A stretch of DNA of 64,000 bases from Macrostomum lignano (GCA_002269645.1 NIVC01001676.1:62001-126000), one strand, 5' to 3'; numbered from the stretch's first letter, positions 10,790-23,025 are shown. A program made the numbers and translations. Notes: a model not told the origin generated them from the letters alone.

Positions 10790-11489
10790 GGTCAGTAGTT
10801 GTGGAGTGAAAATAGCTCTCAATATTGCCAAGAATGCGCCTTACAATCATAGACATGCCTAACTCTTCTAGAGTTGCACTGGTAGCCAGGCTGATAAGAT
10901 TTTATATTCTTGTATACTAAGCACAATTATTATCTGAAAGTAAGAGAAAATAATTGCAGTATAAAATGCTCATCATTAATAGGATAGTAAACTATAATAA
11001 TGAGTTATTTCAGGTGTAAAAAATTACAAATAAAGCCAGAGTCAAAGTGGTATAATGTGCTAGAATACATATATTAAAAAAGTTTTTATATCATATTTAT
11101 AATTTATTCAACATTTTAAGAAATCATTTTATCAAAGATAAGAGTCAATAAGACTATACATGGATAATTGGTGCTTTTAAATTGGTGCTTTTAAATTGCT
11201 AAAAATGTTTTTTTTTCAAAAAACTTACCCCCAGTTTTTTTAGATTTTGCCATTACTAAATATTCATAGGCCTTAGCCAAAATTCAAGACTAGCTTCTCT
11301 ATTTTTTATTTATTAATATTAGTATACAAGCTGCCTCAATCTCAGCCTCAGCCCTAAGGTGAAGTGGTTCAGCCCTAGCCTTAGCTTCTCCTAGGTGAAC
11401 TGCTTCTGTCTCAGCCTCAGCTCCTAAACAAATTATATTTTGTAGAGCTTCAGGCTTAGCCTAATCAGCTCCAGTTTGTAGCTGATGCC

Positions 11490-12330
11490 TAGGAGCTTTA
11501 TGCTGATGTTTGCCCCTTTGAAGTTCCATCACAATTGCAGAAGAGTCACTTTTGGAACCACCAGTATAGCTTCCAGTTCAATAGCAACATGTAGATAGCT
11601 TTTTTTTAGATATTATAAGGAGCAAGCTAGAAAGGCAAGGACATTTTACTTTAGGTTGTTGAAGGATCTGAATACTACCTTGGTCACAATTCTACTCAAG
11701 CTGGAGTAACCTATTGGAGATATGTAAAATATACTGTTGGATAAAAAATATAGGGCCTACTTGTTTGGGAATGGCAACATAAACAAATGATGGTTTCTAG
11801 AGTGGAATGCCACATGACTGCAACCCTGGTATTAAAATTGCCACCAAACATAAGTTGCAACAAGCCACCACAATAGAAGAAAAAAGAAACTGCTTTTGAC
11901 CTGTCATGGCAATTGATAGAGGTATATTTGTAATATAGTGGGGGCCTAGAGGGTGTCCCCACAAGCCATTGTTCAAACAGCTTGCTAAGAATGCAAACTA
12001 TGGTTGTGCCAAAGAGCAGCCTTGTGATCCAATGAACCTGCATATTGAACTGGACTGTAGACAAATTCTTTCAGATTTTATTATTGAAGACATTCACCTA
12101 GAACAGACTAGTAGATGTGTTTATAATGAGTGATCAACTGACTCTGCTAAAACAATGTACCCAATGGTTCATGGATAATACTTTTCATGTAGTCAATGAG
12201 CCCTTTACACAACTCTACTCAATTCATTGCTACATGTGCAAAGAGAACAGCATCAAGTAGGTGCCTCTAGTGTTTGCTTTAATGTCCAATAAGTGACTAA
12301 TGTGTATAGAAAAAAGTTAAAAATTGTGCT
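11490..12330 (+). mobile_element. Decayed Mutator-like (FLYWCH-MULE) transposase fragment
   Basis: Manual translation gives VFIMSDQLTLLKQCTQWFMDNTFHVVNEPFTQLYSIH...IK*VPLVFALMSNK* (W at 12165), matching the MULE WxxDGTFK...PFxQLxSIH...VPLxFxLM block; upstream LAKNANY...QPCDPMNL and YYLG...TYWR remnants; stops and frameshifts. Confidence 0.8.
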
Positions 12331-12908
12331 AAGTGAGGTTGTTAAGGCAGTCAAACATTCAACAGAATTAAATAGTTATACTGCTGTTTTTCTTGGAAGA
12401 TCCGAACCGAACCGATTCTGATTCTGGAATTGGTAATATTGTGAAAAGCCTCTAATAAAGTTCAATGGCCACTAATTTAAATTTCTCGGCTACTAAGACA
12501 CATTCAATGAGTAACAAACCAACAGAGACAAAAGGCTGAGCATCACAGAGAGTTGTGTTGTGTATTGTGTAACAATGTTTAGGCCCTGCTGCCCTTATAT
12601 ATCTCTGACCTGATAATCTCTCGCGAAGTAAAAAATTAAGGTTTCTTTGAATTTCTATGAACCTTAAAAATTTCATTTTTATGTTATAGGCCTAAGCTTA
12701 AACTTTTGGCACCCACATTAAAACCCCTATACAGAATGCTCTATTAGCTGACACGGACAGTTTTACTGACACAATACTAGCAAAGGCATTTGTTTTAAAC
12801 GTTGTGTCTCATTACATCGCAAGTTTTAATTTGGAAAAAAAGAAGAAATTAATTATCGAAAAAAGTATGTTCACTATGAAAATTACGGACACTCTTTTAT
12901 TTTTAATT

Positions 12909-13118
12909 TAGTTCATTTACTTAGCTTTCACCACATTCACCTCATGTCATTGGTCTCTTGTATGTCTACCTACTTCTACTTATACTTATAGACTAGGCAC
13001 ATTATAATGTAGGCTAGTTCATTTACTTAGCTTTCACCACATTCACCTCATTACTCTCTTGTATGTCAACCTACTTCTACTTATACTTATAGACTAGGCA
13101 GATTATATTGTCGGCTAG
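12909..13118. repeat. Two-copy direct repeat of about 106 bp
   Basis: TAGTTCATTTACTTAGCTTTCACCACATTCACCTCAT...ACTTATACTTATAGACTAGGCA at 12909 and 13015. Confidence 0.85.
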
Positions 13119-14412
13119 GGGCAGGCAGGCGGCAGCCTCGGCAGCTGCAGCCGGCAGGCACAGGCATGGCCTAGGCTATATTTACCTGTTTGCATTGTAC
13201 ATAAGTAACATAAGATATTTTCAGAACTAATTGTAGTCTAACTTTTAATTCTAGTAAATATTTATTGTCTGAACTCTCTGTACAGTTCAAAACATCCATG
13301 ACCATGCTTCAATCCATTTCTGTATCTGACTATATTCTGAATCTTTGACTTGTTGAGATTAGTAAACTAGTCAAGTCTAAGTAGGCCTAAATTTTATGTC
13401 TATAATACTATATTTAAGGGAATCAGTCAGTTTGGTGACATATGAGCTATGAGGTGGCAGTTAAATCAAAGTGGTGATTTGTCTTGTTATCCATTGAGTT
13501 CGCATGTTTACTTGAAATCTTGGATTTCAAAATAAGCCAAAAGTGATAGCCCCACTATTATACATACATATATGCTTTTAGCTTTTCCCAGTGTTTTAAC
13601 TCCACCTAGTTATAACTTGTTAACTTGTTAACTTTTAACTAACTTTTATATTTGCATAGGCCTAGGCCCTAGTCTATTAATTGTTTGATTGTTGACTAAA
13701 GTAAATTGTAAATGCAATAAAAAATAATCATAAATTAAATATGCATATATACATCTCTAATAATATGTCATGTAAACTATGTCAACTTATGGTTGATTGC
13801 CTTTGACATGGTTGTCCTTATATTATCCAGACTTAAACATGTATTTACTTTACTCTAATCCAAAACTTCAAGGAGTTATATCTTTGAAAATGTGTTATTG
13901 GTATGATTAAAACAAAATTTTCCTTTATTTGAATGGCAAAGACTAATGTCAATATGTTAAATTTCAAGGAGTGTCCTTTAACCTTTAGCAATCGCCAAAT
14001 CAGTTGTTGCCAAACTGACTTGTTGCTAATTTGCTAAATTTATTGTTGCCAAATCAACTAGAAGCCATATTTAAACTACTAAAGTATTATTAGCTAGATG
14101 CTAGCAGCCTATAGTACTAGGCCTAGGCCTACTCAAGTTTTTAAGATATTAAGTTAATCTAAATATACTAAATCTCTAAGGTTTGTATAGGCCTACTTGA
14201 TTGCTTGTCCATAATGCTCTAGAGATTGCAATTTTTGACTATCTAAATATACTAATTCTCTAACATTTGTTTGTATGTTTGCTTGTATTATACTAAATTC
14301 CAATTTTTGGGACATACTAACTGAGTATGTGAACATTTTTTCAAACTGCCTTGATAGCATCATGGCATGGCATTATGGCAATTATGCAATTCAATTTTTT
14401 ATATTTTTCTAG

Positions 14413-14511
14413 TCGCTAGCCAGTGTTTTCAATCTGCTGCCTGCATTTCGCGTGAAAGCAGCAAATATCAGCATTTTACACGAGCCTTTGCAGTTCTACA
14501 ATGCTTTGATT
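14413..14511 (+). CDS. PGS1: Phosphatidylglycerophosphate synthase, first identified exon (true start not located)
   Basis: SLASVFNLLPAFRVKAANISILHEPLQFYNALI aligns to PGS1 LVPEFGVSSSHVRVLSSPAEFFELMK; TTTTTCTAG acceptor, GTAAGT donor at 14512, 78-nt intron. Confidence 0.75.
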
Positions 14512-14589
14512 GTAAGTTTTGCTTGATTTTTTGACTATCAGGAATGCTTTGGAGTCACACCAAGCCTCTCTGTTCCCCTCGTCACTCAG

Positions 14590-14986
14590 CGCGGCATCGC
14601 TGGCGCCAGGCGCCGAATCGTCTTGGCGTCCCTCTACCTCGGCTGCGGCGCTCACGAGCGTCGCCTCGTCCAGTCGATGGTGTCGGCGCTGGACGCCGCT
14701 GGGTCACCGACCCGTCAGCGGCCACTTCGCGTCCGAGTTCTGCTGGACGCGGCGCGCGGCACCCGCGGCAGCCCGTTGAACAGCTCCACGGCGATGCTCC
14801 GTCCGCTGTGCGCTGCGGCTGAGCGTCGTTGCCATGGTAACGTCTGGAGCAACCGCGCAGATGTTCGCGTCAGCTTCTACCGCTGCCCAGTCTGCTGGCC
14901 GCACTGCTGCCGGAGCGAATCAATGAAGTTGTGGGCCTGCAGCACATGAAGATCTACTTGTTTGATGACTCGGTGATTCTGTCTGG
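14590..14986 (+). CDS. PGS1: PGS1 exon containing a frameshift at about 14888
   Basis: RGIAGARRRIVLASLYLG...VLLDAARGTRG...SFYRCP, then a shifted frame SLLAALLPERINEVVGLQHMKIYLFDDSVILSG (PLD-type HxKxxxxD motif); donor GTCAGT at 14987. Confidence 0.88.
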
Positions 14987-15029
14987 GTCAGTTTGCTAAT
15001 TAGTTGGCTTTTTTGGTTGGTTAACTATT

Positions 15030-15071
15030 GGTTAGTTAGTCAGTTAGTTAGTTAGTTAGTCAGTTCGTCAC

Positions 15072-15121
<50 letters not shown>

Positions 15122-15137
15122 GTTCAGTTAGTTAGTC

Positions 15138-15216
<79 letters not shown>

Positions 15217-15285
15217 CAGTTAGTTAGTTAGTTAGTTAGTTAGTCAGTTAGTTAGTTAGTCAGTTAGTTAGTTAGTTAGTTAGTC

Positions 15286-15332
<47 letters not shown>

Positions 15333-15349
15333 CAGTTAGTTAGTTAGTC

Positions 15350-15384
<35 letters not shown>

Positions 15385-15569
15385 CAGTTAGTTAGTTAGT
15401 TAGTCAGTTAGTTAGTTAGTTAGTTAATTAGTTAGTTAGTTGTTCAGTTAGTTAGTCAGTTAGTTAGTTAGTTAGTTTTTCAGTTAGTTAGTTAGTTAGT
15501 TGTTCGGTTAGTTAGTCAGTTAGTTAGTCAGTTAGTTAGTTAGTTAGTTAGTCAGTTAGTTAGTTAGTC

Positions 15570-15600
<31 letters not shown>

Positions 15601-15601
15601 C

Positions 15602-15636
<35 letters not shown>

Positions 15637-16331
15637 CAGTCAGTCAGTCTTCCCACTAGCTGCGGAATTTCCGTAGTGAGGAAATTTTAAGTAGACCTGC
15701 GGAAAATCAAGGGGATTTTCGTACTCTGCGGAAATTTTTCATTTCTGAATTTGCTCTCATGTTATACCCCAATACCCCAATACTGATTACTGGATCGGTT
15801 TGTTGTTTAATGTCTTTGTGGAAATTGTTATGCTGTGATTTTGTTGCACTGTTCTTGTGATTTTCTGATTTGCTATACTCGATCCAGACTACCTGATGTC
15901 ATCTGATCACCGCCACCTTTATTGTATCCCTGCCCTTCCTGTCTTCTCCCTTCCTGTCCTGTCCTCTCCTTTGCTGTCCCTCTCCCTTCCTTTCCTGTCC
16001 CTGTGCTTTCCCCGTACCAAGATTTCTGAGCATACAGAATGGAATTTGCTTATCCATTTACCTGCGCGCTTGCGGCTTGCATGCATTCACAGCTAGCTGC
16101 ATCAGTTGCGGCGAGATGAAGTTTTAGCTCAAAACTGGCTTAGGGGGTCATCTGAACCAGCGCAAAACAGCCTTGGGTAGGGCGTTTGTGAACCTAAAAA
16201 GTAATAAAAATTTATGTGTCTAGCTTCATTTTTTAGGGCTTGCATTGGTTAGGACATATTGTTCTACCCTGCGGAATTTCTCTTAAGCTGCGGAAGAAAA
16301 ATGGGCAAAGTGGCGTGGCAACACTGCAGTC

Positions 16332-16366
<35 letters not shown>

Positions 16367-16391
16367 CAGTTAGTTAGTTAGTTAGTTAGTC

Positions 16392-16427
<36 letters not shown>

Positions 16428-16599
16428 GTTCAGTTAGTTAGTCAGTTAGTTAGTTAGTTAGTTTTTCAGTTAGTTAGTTAGTTAGTTGTTCAGTTAGTTA
16501 GTCAGTTAGTTAGTCAGTTAGTTAGTTAGTTAGTTAGTTAGTTTGTTAGTTTGTTAGTTAGTTAGTTAGTTAGTCAGTTAGTTAGTTAGTTAGTTGTTC

Positions 16600-16666
<67 letters not shown>

Positions 16667-16999
16667 CAGTTAGTTAGTTAGTTAGTCAGTTAGTTAGTTA
16701 GTTAGTTAGTTAGTCAGTTAGTTAGTTAGTTAGTTAGTCAGTTAGTTAGTTAGTTAGTTAGTCAGTTAGTTAGTTAGTCAGTTAGTTAGTTAGTTAGTTA
16801 GTTAGTCAGTTAGTTAGTCAGTTAGTTAGTCAGTTAGTTAGTTAGTTAGTCAGTTAGTTAGTTAGTTATTTAGTTAGTTAGTTAGTTAGTCAGTTAGTTA
16901 GTCAGTTAGTTAGTCAGTTAGTTAGTTAGTTAGTCAGTTAGTTAGTTAGTTATTTAGTTAGTTAGTTAGTTAGTCAGTTAGTTAGTTAGTTAGTTAGTC

Positions 17000-17030
<31 letters not shown>

Positions 17031-17135
17031 CAGTTAGTTAGTCAGTTAGTTAGTCAGTTAGTTAGTTAGTTAGTTAGTCAGTTAGTTAGTTAGTCAGTTA
17101 GTTAGTTAGTTAGTTAGTCAGTTAGTTAGTTAGTC

Positions 17136-17166
<31 letters not shown>

Positions 17167-17179
17167 CAGTTAGTTAGTC

Positions 17180-17210
<31 letters not shown>

Positions 17211-17607
17211 CAGTTAGTTAGTTAGTTAGTCAGTTAGTTAGTTAGTTAGTTAGTTAGTCAGTTAGTTAGTTAGTTAGTTAGTCAGTTAGTTAGTTAGTTA
17301 GTTAGTCAGTTAGTTAGTTAGTCAGTTAGTTAGTTAGTTAGTTAGTTAGTCAGTTAGTTAGTCAGTTAGTTAGTCAGTTAGTTAGTCAGTTAGTTAGTTA
17401 GTTATTTAGTTAGTTAGTTAGTTAGTTAGTTAGTTGTTCAGTTAGTTAGTCAGTTAGTTAGTCAGTTAGTTAGTTAGTTAGTCAGTTAGTTAGTTAGTTA
17501 TTTAGTTAGTTAGTTAGTTGTTCAGTTAGTTAGTTAGTTAGTTAGTTAGTTTGTTAGTTTGTTAGTTAGTTAGTTAGTTAGTCAGTTAGTTAGTTAGTTA
17601 GTTGTTC

Positions 17608-17638
<31 letters not shown>

Positions 17639-17639
17639 C

Positions 17640-17670
<31 letters not shown>

Positions 17671-17691
17671 CAGTTAGTTAGTTAGTTAGTC

Positions 17692-17722
<31 letters not shown>

Positions 17723-17923
17723 CAGTTAGTTAGTTAGTTAGTTAGTCAGTTAGTTAGTTAGTTAGTTAGTCAGTTAGTTAGTTAGTCAGTTAGTTAGTTA
17801 GTTAGTTAGTTAGTCAGTTAGTTAGTCAGTTAGTTAGTCAGTTAGTTAGTTAGTTAGTCAGTTAGTTAGTTAGTTATTTAGTTAGTTAGTTAGTTAGTCA
17901 GTTAGTTAGTTAGTTAGTTAGTC

Positions 17924-17962
<39 letters not shown>

Positions 17963-17963
17963 C

Positions 17964-18006
<43 letters not shown>

Positions 18007-18023
18007 CAGTTAGTTAGTTAGTC

Positions 18024-18058
<35 letters not shown>

Positions 18059-18279
18059 CAGTTAGTTAGTTAGTTAGTCAGTTAGTTAGTTAGTTAGTTA
18101 ATTAGTTAGTTAGTTGTTCAGTTAGTTAGTCAGTTAGTTAGTTAGTTAGTTTTTCAGTTAGTTAGTCAGTTAGTTAGTTAGTTAGTTAGTCAGTTAGTTA
18201 GTCAGTTAGTTAGTTAGTTAGTTAGTCAGTTAGTTAGTTAGTCAGTTAGTTAGTCAGTTAGTTAGTTAGTTAGTTAGTC

Positions 18280-18310
<31 letters not shown>

Positions 18311-18415
18311 CAGTTAGTTAGTCAGTTAGTTAGTCAGTTAGTTAGTTAGTTAGTTAGTCAGTTAGTTAGTTAGTCAGTTAGTTAGTTAGTTAGTTAGTCA
18401 GTTAGTTAGTTAGTC

Positions 18416-18454
<39 letters not shown>

Positions 18455-18467
18455 CAGTTAGTTAGTC

Positions 18468-18498
<31 letters not shown>

Positions 18499-18895
18499 CA
18501 GTTAGTTAGTTAGTTAGTCAGTTAGTTAGTTAGTTAGTTAGTTAGTCAGTTAGTTAGTTAGTTAGTTAGTCAGTTAGTTAGTTAGTTAGTTAGTCAGTTA
18601 GTTAGTTAGTCAGTTAGTTAGTTAGTTAGTTAGTTAGTCAGTTAGTTAGTCAGTTAGTTAGTCAGTTAGTTAGTCAGTTAGTTAGTTAGTTATTTAGTTA
18701 GTTAGTTAGTTAGTTAGTTAGTTGTTCAGTTAGTTAGTCAGTTAGTTAGTCAGTTAGTTAGTTAGTTAGTCAGTTAGTTAGTTAGTTATTTAGTTAGTTA
18801 GTTAGTTGTTCAGTTAGTTAGTTAGTTAGTTAGTTAGTTTGTTAGTTTGTTAGTTAGTTAGTTAGTTAGTCAGTTAGTTAGTTAGTTAGTTGTTC

Positions 18896-18926
<31 letters not shown>

Positions 18927-18927
18927 C

Positions 18928-18958
<31 letters not shown>

Positions 18959-19491
18959 CAGTTAGTTAGTTAGTTAGTCAGTTAGTTAGTTAGTTAGTTA
19001 GTTAGTCAGTTAGTTAGTTAGTTAGTTAGTCAGTTAGTTAGTTAGTTAGTTAGTCAGTTAGTTAGTTAGTCAGTTAGTTAGTTAGTTAGTTAGTTAGTCA
19101 GTTAGTTAGTCAGTTAGTTAGTCAGTTAGTTAGTTAGTTAGTCAGTTAGTTAGTTAGTTATTTAGTTAGTTAGTTAGTTAGTCAGTTAGTTAGTTAGTTA
19201 GTTAGTCAGTTAGTTAGTTAGTTAGTTAGTTAGTCAGTTAGTTAGTTAGTTAGTCAGTTAGTTAGTTAGTTAGTTAGTCAGTTAGTTAGTTAGTCAGTTA
19301 GTTAGTTAGTTAGTTAGTTAGTCAGTTAGTTAGTTAGTTAGTCAGTTAGTTAGTTAGTTATTTAGTTAGTTAGTTAGTTAGTCAGTTAGTTAGTCAGTTA
19401 GTTAGTCAGTTAGTTAGTTAGTTAGTCAGTTAGTTAGTTAGTTATTTAGTTAGTTAGTTAGTTAGTCAGTTAGTTAGTTAGTTAGTTAGTC

Positions 19492-19522
<31 letters not shown>

Positions 19523-19611
19523 CAGTTAGTTAGTCAGTTAGTTAGTCAGTTAGTTAGTTAGTTAGTTAGTCAGTTAGTTAGTTAGTCAGTTAGTTAGTTA
19601 GTTAGTTAGTC

Positions 19612-19642
<31 letters not shown>

Positions 19643-19655
19643 CAGTTAGTTAGTC

Positions 19656-19690
<35 letters not shown>

Positions 19691-20059
19691 CAGTTAGTTA
19701 GTTAGTTAGTCAGTTAGTTAGTTAGTTAGTTAGTTAGTCAGTTAGTTAGTTAGTTAGTTAGTCAGTTAGTTAGTTAGTTAGTTAGTCAGTTAGTTAGTTA
19801 GTCAGTTAGTTAGTTAGTTAGTTAGTTAGTCAGTTAGTTAGTCAGTTAGTTAGTCAGTTAGTTAGTTAGTTATTTAGTTAGTTAGTTAGTTAGTTAGTTA
19901 GTTGTTCAGTTAGTTAGTCAGTTAGTTAGTTAGTTAGTCAGTTAGTTAGTTAGTTATTTAGTTAGTTAGTTAGTTGTTCAGTTAGTTAGTTAGTTAGTTA
20001 GTTTGTTAGTTTGTTAGTTAGTTAGTTAGTTAGTCAGTTAGTTAGTTAGTTAGTTGTTC

Positions 20060-20090
<31 letters not shown>

Positions 20091-20091
20091 C

Positions 20092-20122
<31 letters not shown>

Positions 20123-20325
20123 CAGTTAGTTAGTTAGTTAGTCAGTTAGTTAGTTAGTTAGTTAGTTAGTCAGTTAGTTAGTTAGTTAGTTAGTCAGTTA
20201 GTTAGTTAGTTAGTTAGTCAGTTAGTTAGTTAGTCAGTTAGTTAGTTAGTTAGTTAGTTAGTCAGTTAGTTAGTCAGTTAGTTAGTCAGTTAGTTAGTTA
20301 GTTAGTCAGTTAGTTAGTTAGTTAT

Positions 20326-20358
<33 letters not shown>

Positions 20359-20371
20359 CAGTTAGTTAGTC

Positions 20372-20402
<31 letters not shown>

Positions 20403-20618
20403 CAGTTAGTTAGTCAGTTAGTTAGTCAGTTAGTTAGTTAGTTAGTTAGTCAGTTAGTTAGTTAGTCAGTTAGTTAGTTAGTTAGTTAGTTAGTCAGTTA
20501 GTTAGTCAGTTAGTTAGTCAGTTAGTTAGTTAGTTAGTCAGTTAGTTAGTTAGTTATTTAGTTAGTTAGTTAGTTAGTCAGTTAGTTAGTTAGTTAGTTA
20601 GTCAGTTAGTTAGTTAGT
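15030..20618. repeat. About 5.6-kb (GTTA)n/(GTCA) microsatellite filling a PGS1 intron, interrupted at 15645-16326
   Basis: Read directly. Confidence 0.98.
15645..16326. mobile_element. 682-bp non-autonomous hAT-type DNA transposon (MITE-like)
   Basis: Terminal inverted repeats CAGTCTTCCCAC and (reverse complement) CAGTGTTGCCAC, 10/12 match; 8-bp duplication CAGTCAGT at 15637-15644 and 16327-16334; subterminal CTGCGGAA three times left and twice right; no transposase ORF. Confidence 0.75.
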
Positions 20619-20793
20619 TGCATCCCCTTCTCCTGCAGACTGCGACAGGCTGGATTTTGCATATCCTCCAATGTGATGTTTGGGTGAACCTCGGAGCTCG
20701 CACCGGAAGCAGGCTTTGTTTTTTGTTTGGGTTAGCAACCAACTCCACGAGCTGGAAAGATATCTAAATCCCCAGCGCACGCCCTCACCACAG

Positions 20794-21250
20794 AGCCAAC
20801 CTGAGCAGGGACTACTTCACGGACAGGCAGGATCGCTACCTGTTGATCCGCGACGCGCCTCGCCTTTGCGACTTCCTGGAAAAGCTGGTCGACTGCGTGT
20901 CCGACGCGTCGGAACAGCTGGGCTCGGACGGCTGCCTGTCCCAGCCAGCCCGGCCGCCCGGCCAGTGGCTGGGGGATCGGGTTAACCGGCTTATCGCCGA
21001 ATTTGCCACTAGCCAAGACTGCAGTGGAGAGGCGGACTCCACCGTCTATGCCATGGTGCAGATGGGGCCCATGGGAGTGTGCGATGACGCCTACGCCACC
21101 CAGCGGCTGCTGCACCAGTTGCCTCAGCTGATGCAGACTGGCCAGCATCAGCTGCACCTGGCGTCTGGCTATTTCAATCTGACTGACGACTTCACTGAGG
21201 CCCTGTTGACTGCGCCACAGCAGCTGAGGGTTCTGTGTGCATCGCCTGCT
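20794..21250 (+). CDS. PGS1: PGS1 exon
   Basis: (G)ANLSRDYFTDRQDRYLLIRDAPRLCDFLEKLVD...LASGYFNLT...LCASPA matches PGS1 GANLSDSYFTNRQDRY and SGYFNL; CACAG acceptor in the correct phase; GTGAGT donor at 21251. Confidence 0.92.
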
Positions 21251-21269
21251 GTGAGTGTCGGGTCATTGC

Positions 21270-21730
21270 GGTTTGTGTGTCTGTCTGCCGCTGTTTAGTC
21301 TGTCTGAGTGTCCGTCTTCTGTGCTCTGTCTCAGTACATGCCCGAGTGCCTGTCTTCTGTGTGCTGTGTCTCTGTACCTGTCTGAGTGTCTTTTGTGTGC
21401 TGTGTCTCTGTACCTGTCCGAGTGTCTGTCTTTTTGTGTCTGTGTGTCTGTCTGTCTGTCTGTCTTCTGTGTGCTGTGTCTCAGTACCTGTCTGAGTGTT
21501 TCTCTCCTGTGTTCTCTGTTTCAATGTCTATCTTTTGTGTGCTCTGTCTCAGTACCTGTCCTGTGTGTCCGTCTGTGTCTTCTGTGTCTGTTGAGTTCTG
21601 TCTTAATGCCTGTCTGTCTGTCCAAGTGCGTCTCTTCTGCTCCTGAGCCTGTCGGACTGTCTTTCGACTTTCGAATCTGTCTTCAGTATCCTTTGTGTTT
21701 AAGTGTCTGTCCCCTGTATCTGATCGAGTC
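21270..21730. repeat. Degenerate (TGTC)-rich simple repeat, PGS1 intron
   Basis: Read directly. Confidence 0.8.
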
Positions 21731-21802
21731 TGTCTGTCGTGTCTTAACCAACCTTCTGAACCTGTCTAAACTAATATGCACTCTTTCCGCCTCCCCCCAC
21801 AG

Positions 21803-22246
21803 GCCAACAGCTTCTACAAGTCGACCGGGCCCTCCTACTTCATCCCGGCCGCCTACAGTCAGCTGGAGCGGCAGTTTCTTGCCGCCGCTGCGAAGCTGCG
21901 CAGACCGGCAGCAGAAGCGGCGCAGCCCAGTCTGCTGGCCGAGTACGCGCGGCCCGGCTGGACCTTCCACGCCAAGGGCCTGTGGCTCGGCGACCGCGCC
22001 GGCCAGCGGGTCGGCCTGACCCTCGTCGGCTCGTCCAACTTCGGCTACCGGACGCGGCTGCGCGATTTGGAAGTCCAGTTCGGCCTGGCCACCGACTGCG
22101 ACCGGTTGGCCGCCCGCCTGGCCGAGGAGCGGGACGGCTTGTTCCAGCACGGCCAGCCCGTCTCCATGGCAACGTTGAATGCGGCGGATAGGAGAGCACC
22201 GGCCTGGCTGCGACTGGCCATGCCCGCGTTCAAGACTTACTGCTAG
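21803..22246 (+). CDS. PGS1: PGS1 last exon
   Basis: ANSFYKSTGPSYFIPAAYSQLERQF...EYARPGWTFHAKGLW...TLVGSSNFGYR...RDLEVQ; second PLD-like half; TAG at 22244-22246. Confidence 0.93.
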   Translation, partial: ANSFYKSTGPSYFIPAAYSQLERQFLAAAAKLRRPAAEAAQPSLLAEYARPGWTFHAKGLWLGDRAGQRVGLTLVGSSNFGYRTRLRDLEVQFGLATDCDRLAARLAEERDGLFQHGQPVSMATLNAADRRAPAWLRLAMPAFKTYC

Positions 22247-22257
22247 TGTGGGCTGAT

Positions 22258-22583
22258 CGACTGACAGACAGACAGCAGACAGACAGACAGACAGGCAGGC
22301 AGACAGACAGACAGGCAGACACACGCAGTCAGACACAGACAGACAGGCAGACAGACAGACAGACAGGCAGACACACGCAGTCAGACACAGACAGGCAGAC
22401 AGACAGACAGACAGGCAGGCAGACACACGCAGTCAGACAAAGACAGACAGGCAGACAGACAGACAGGCAGACACACGCAGTCAGACACAAACAGACAGAC
22501 AGACAGACAGCAGACACACGCAGACAGACAGACAGACAGGAGACAGACACAGACAGACAGCAGACACACGCTGGTAGACAGGC

Positions 22584-22632
<49 letters not shown>

Positions 22633-23025
22633 GCAGACACACGCAGACAGACAGACAGACAGACAGGAGACAGACACAGACAGACAGCAGACACACGCAG
22701 GCAGACACAGGCAGGTAGACAGACAGCAGACACACGCAGTCAGACAGGCAGACAGAAACCCACAGACAGACAGCAGACACACGCAGGCAGACACAGGCAG
22801 ACAGACAAACAGACAGACAGCAGACACACGCAGTCAGACAGGCAAGCAGACACTAAGACAGACAGACGGGCAGGCAGGCATGCAGACGGACAGGCACACA
22901 CAGTCAGACAGGCAAGCAGACACTAAGACAGACAGACGGGCAGGCAGGCATGCAGACGGACAGGCACACACAGTCAGACAGGCAAGCAGACACTAAGACA
23001 GACAGACGGACAGGCACACACAGTC
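22258..23025. repeat. Degenerate (GACA)n/GGCA simple repeat downstream of the PGS1 stop
   Basis: Read directly. Confidence 0.9.

Noticed and set aside
14519-14589. In-frame extension of the PGS1 exon (ECFGVTPSLSVPLVTQ)
   Set aside because: Better explained as a 78-nt intron (GTAAGT...CACTCAG), because the upstream exon supplies the homologous residues
15030-20618. Telomeric repeat or interstitial telomere
   Set aside because: The unit is the tetramer GTTA, not TTAGGG or TTAGG
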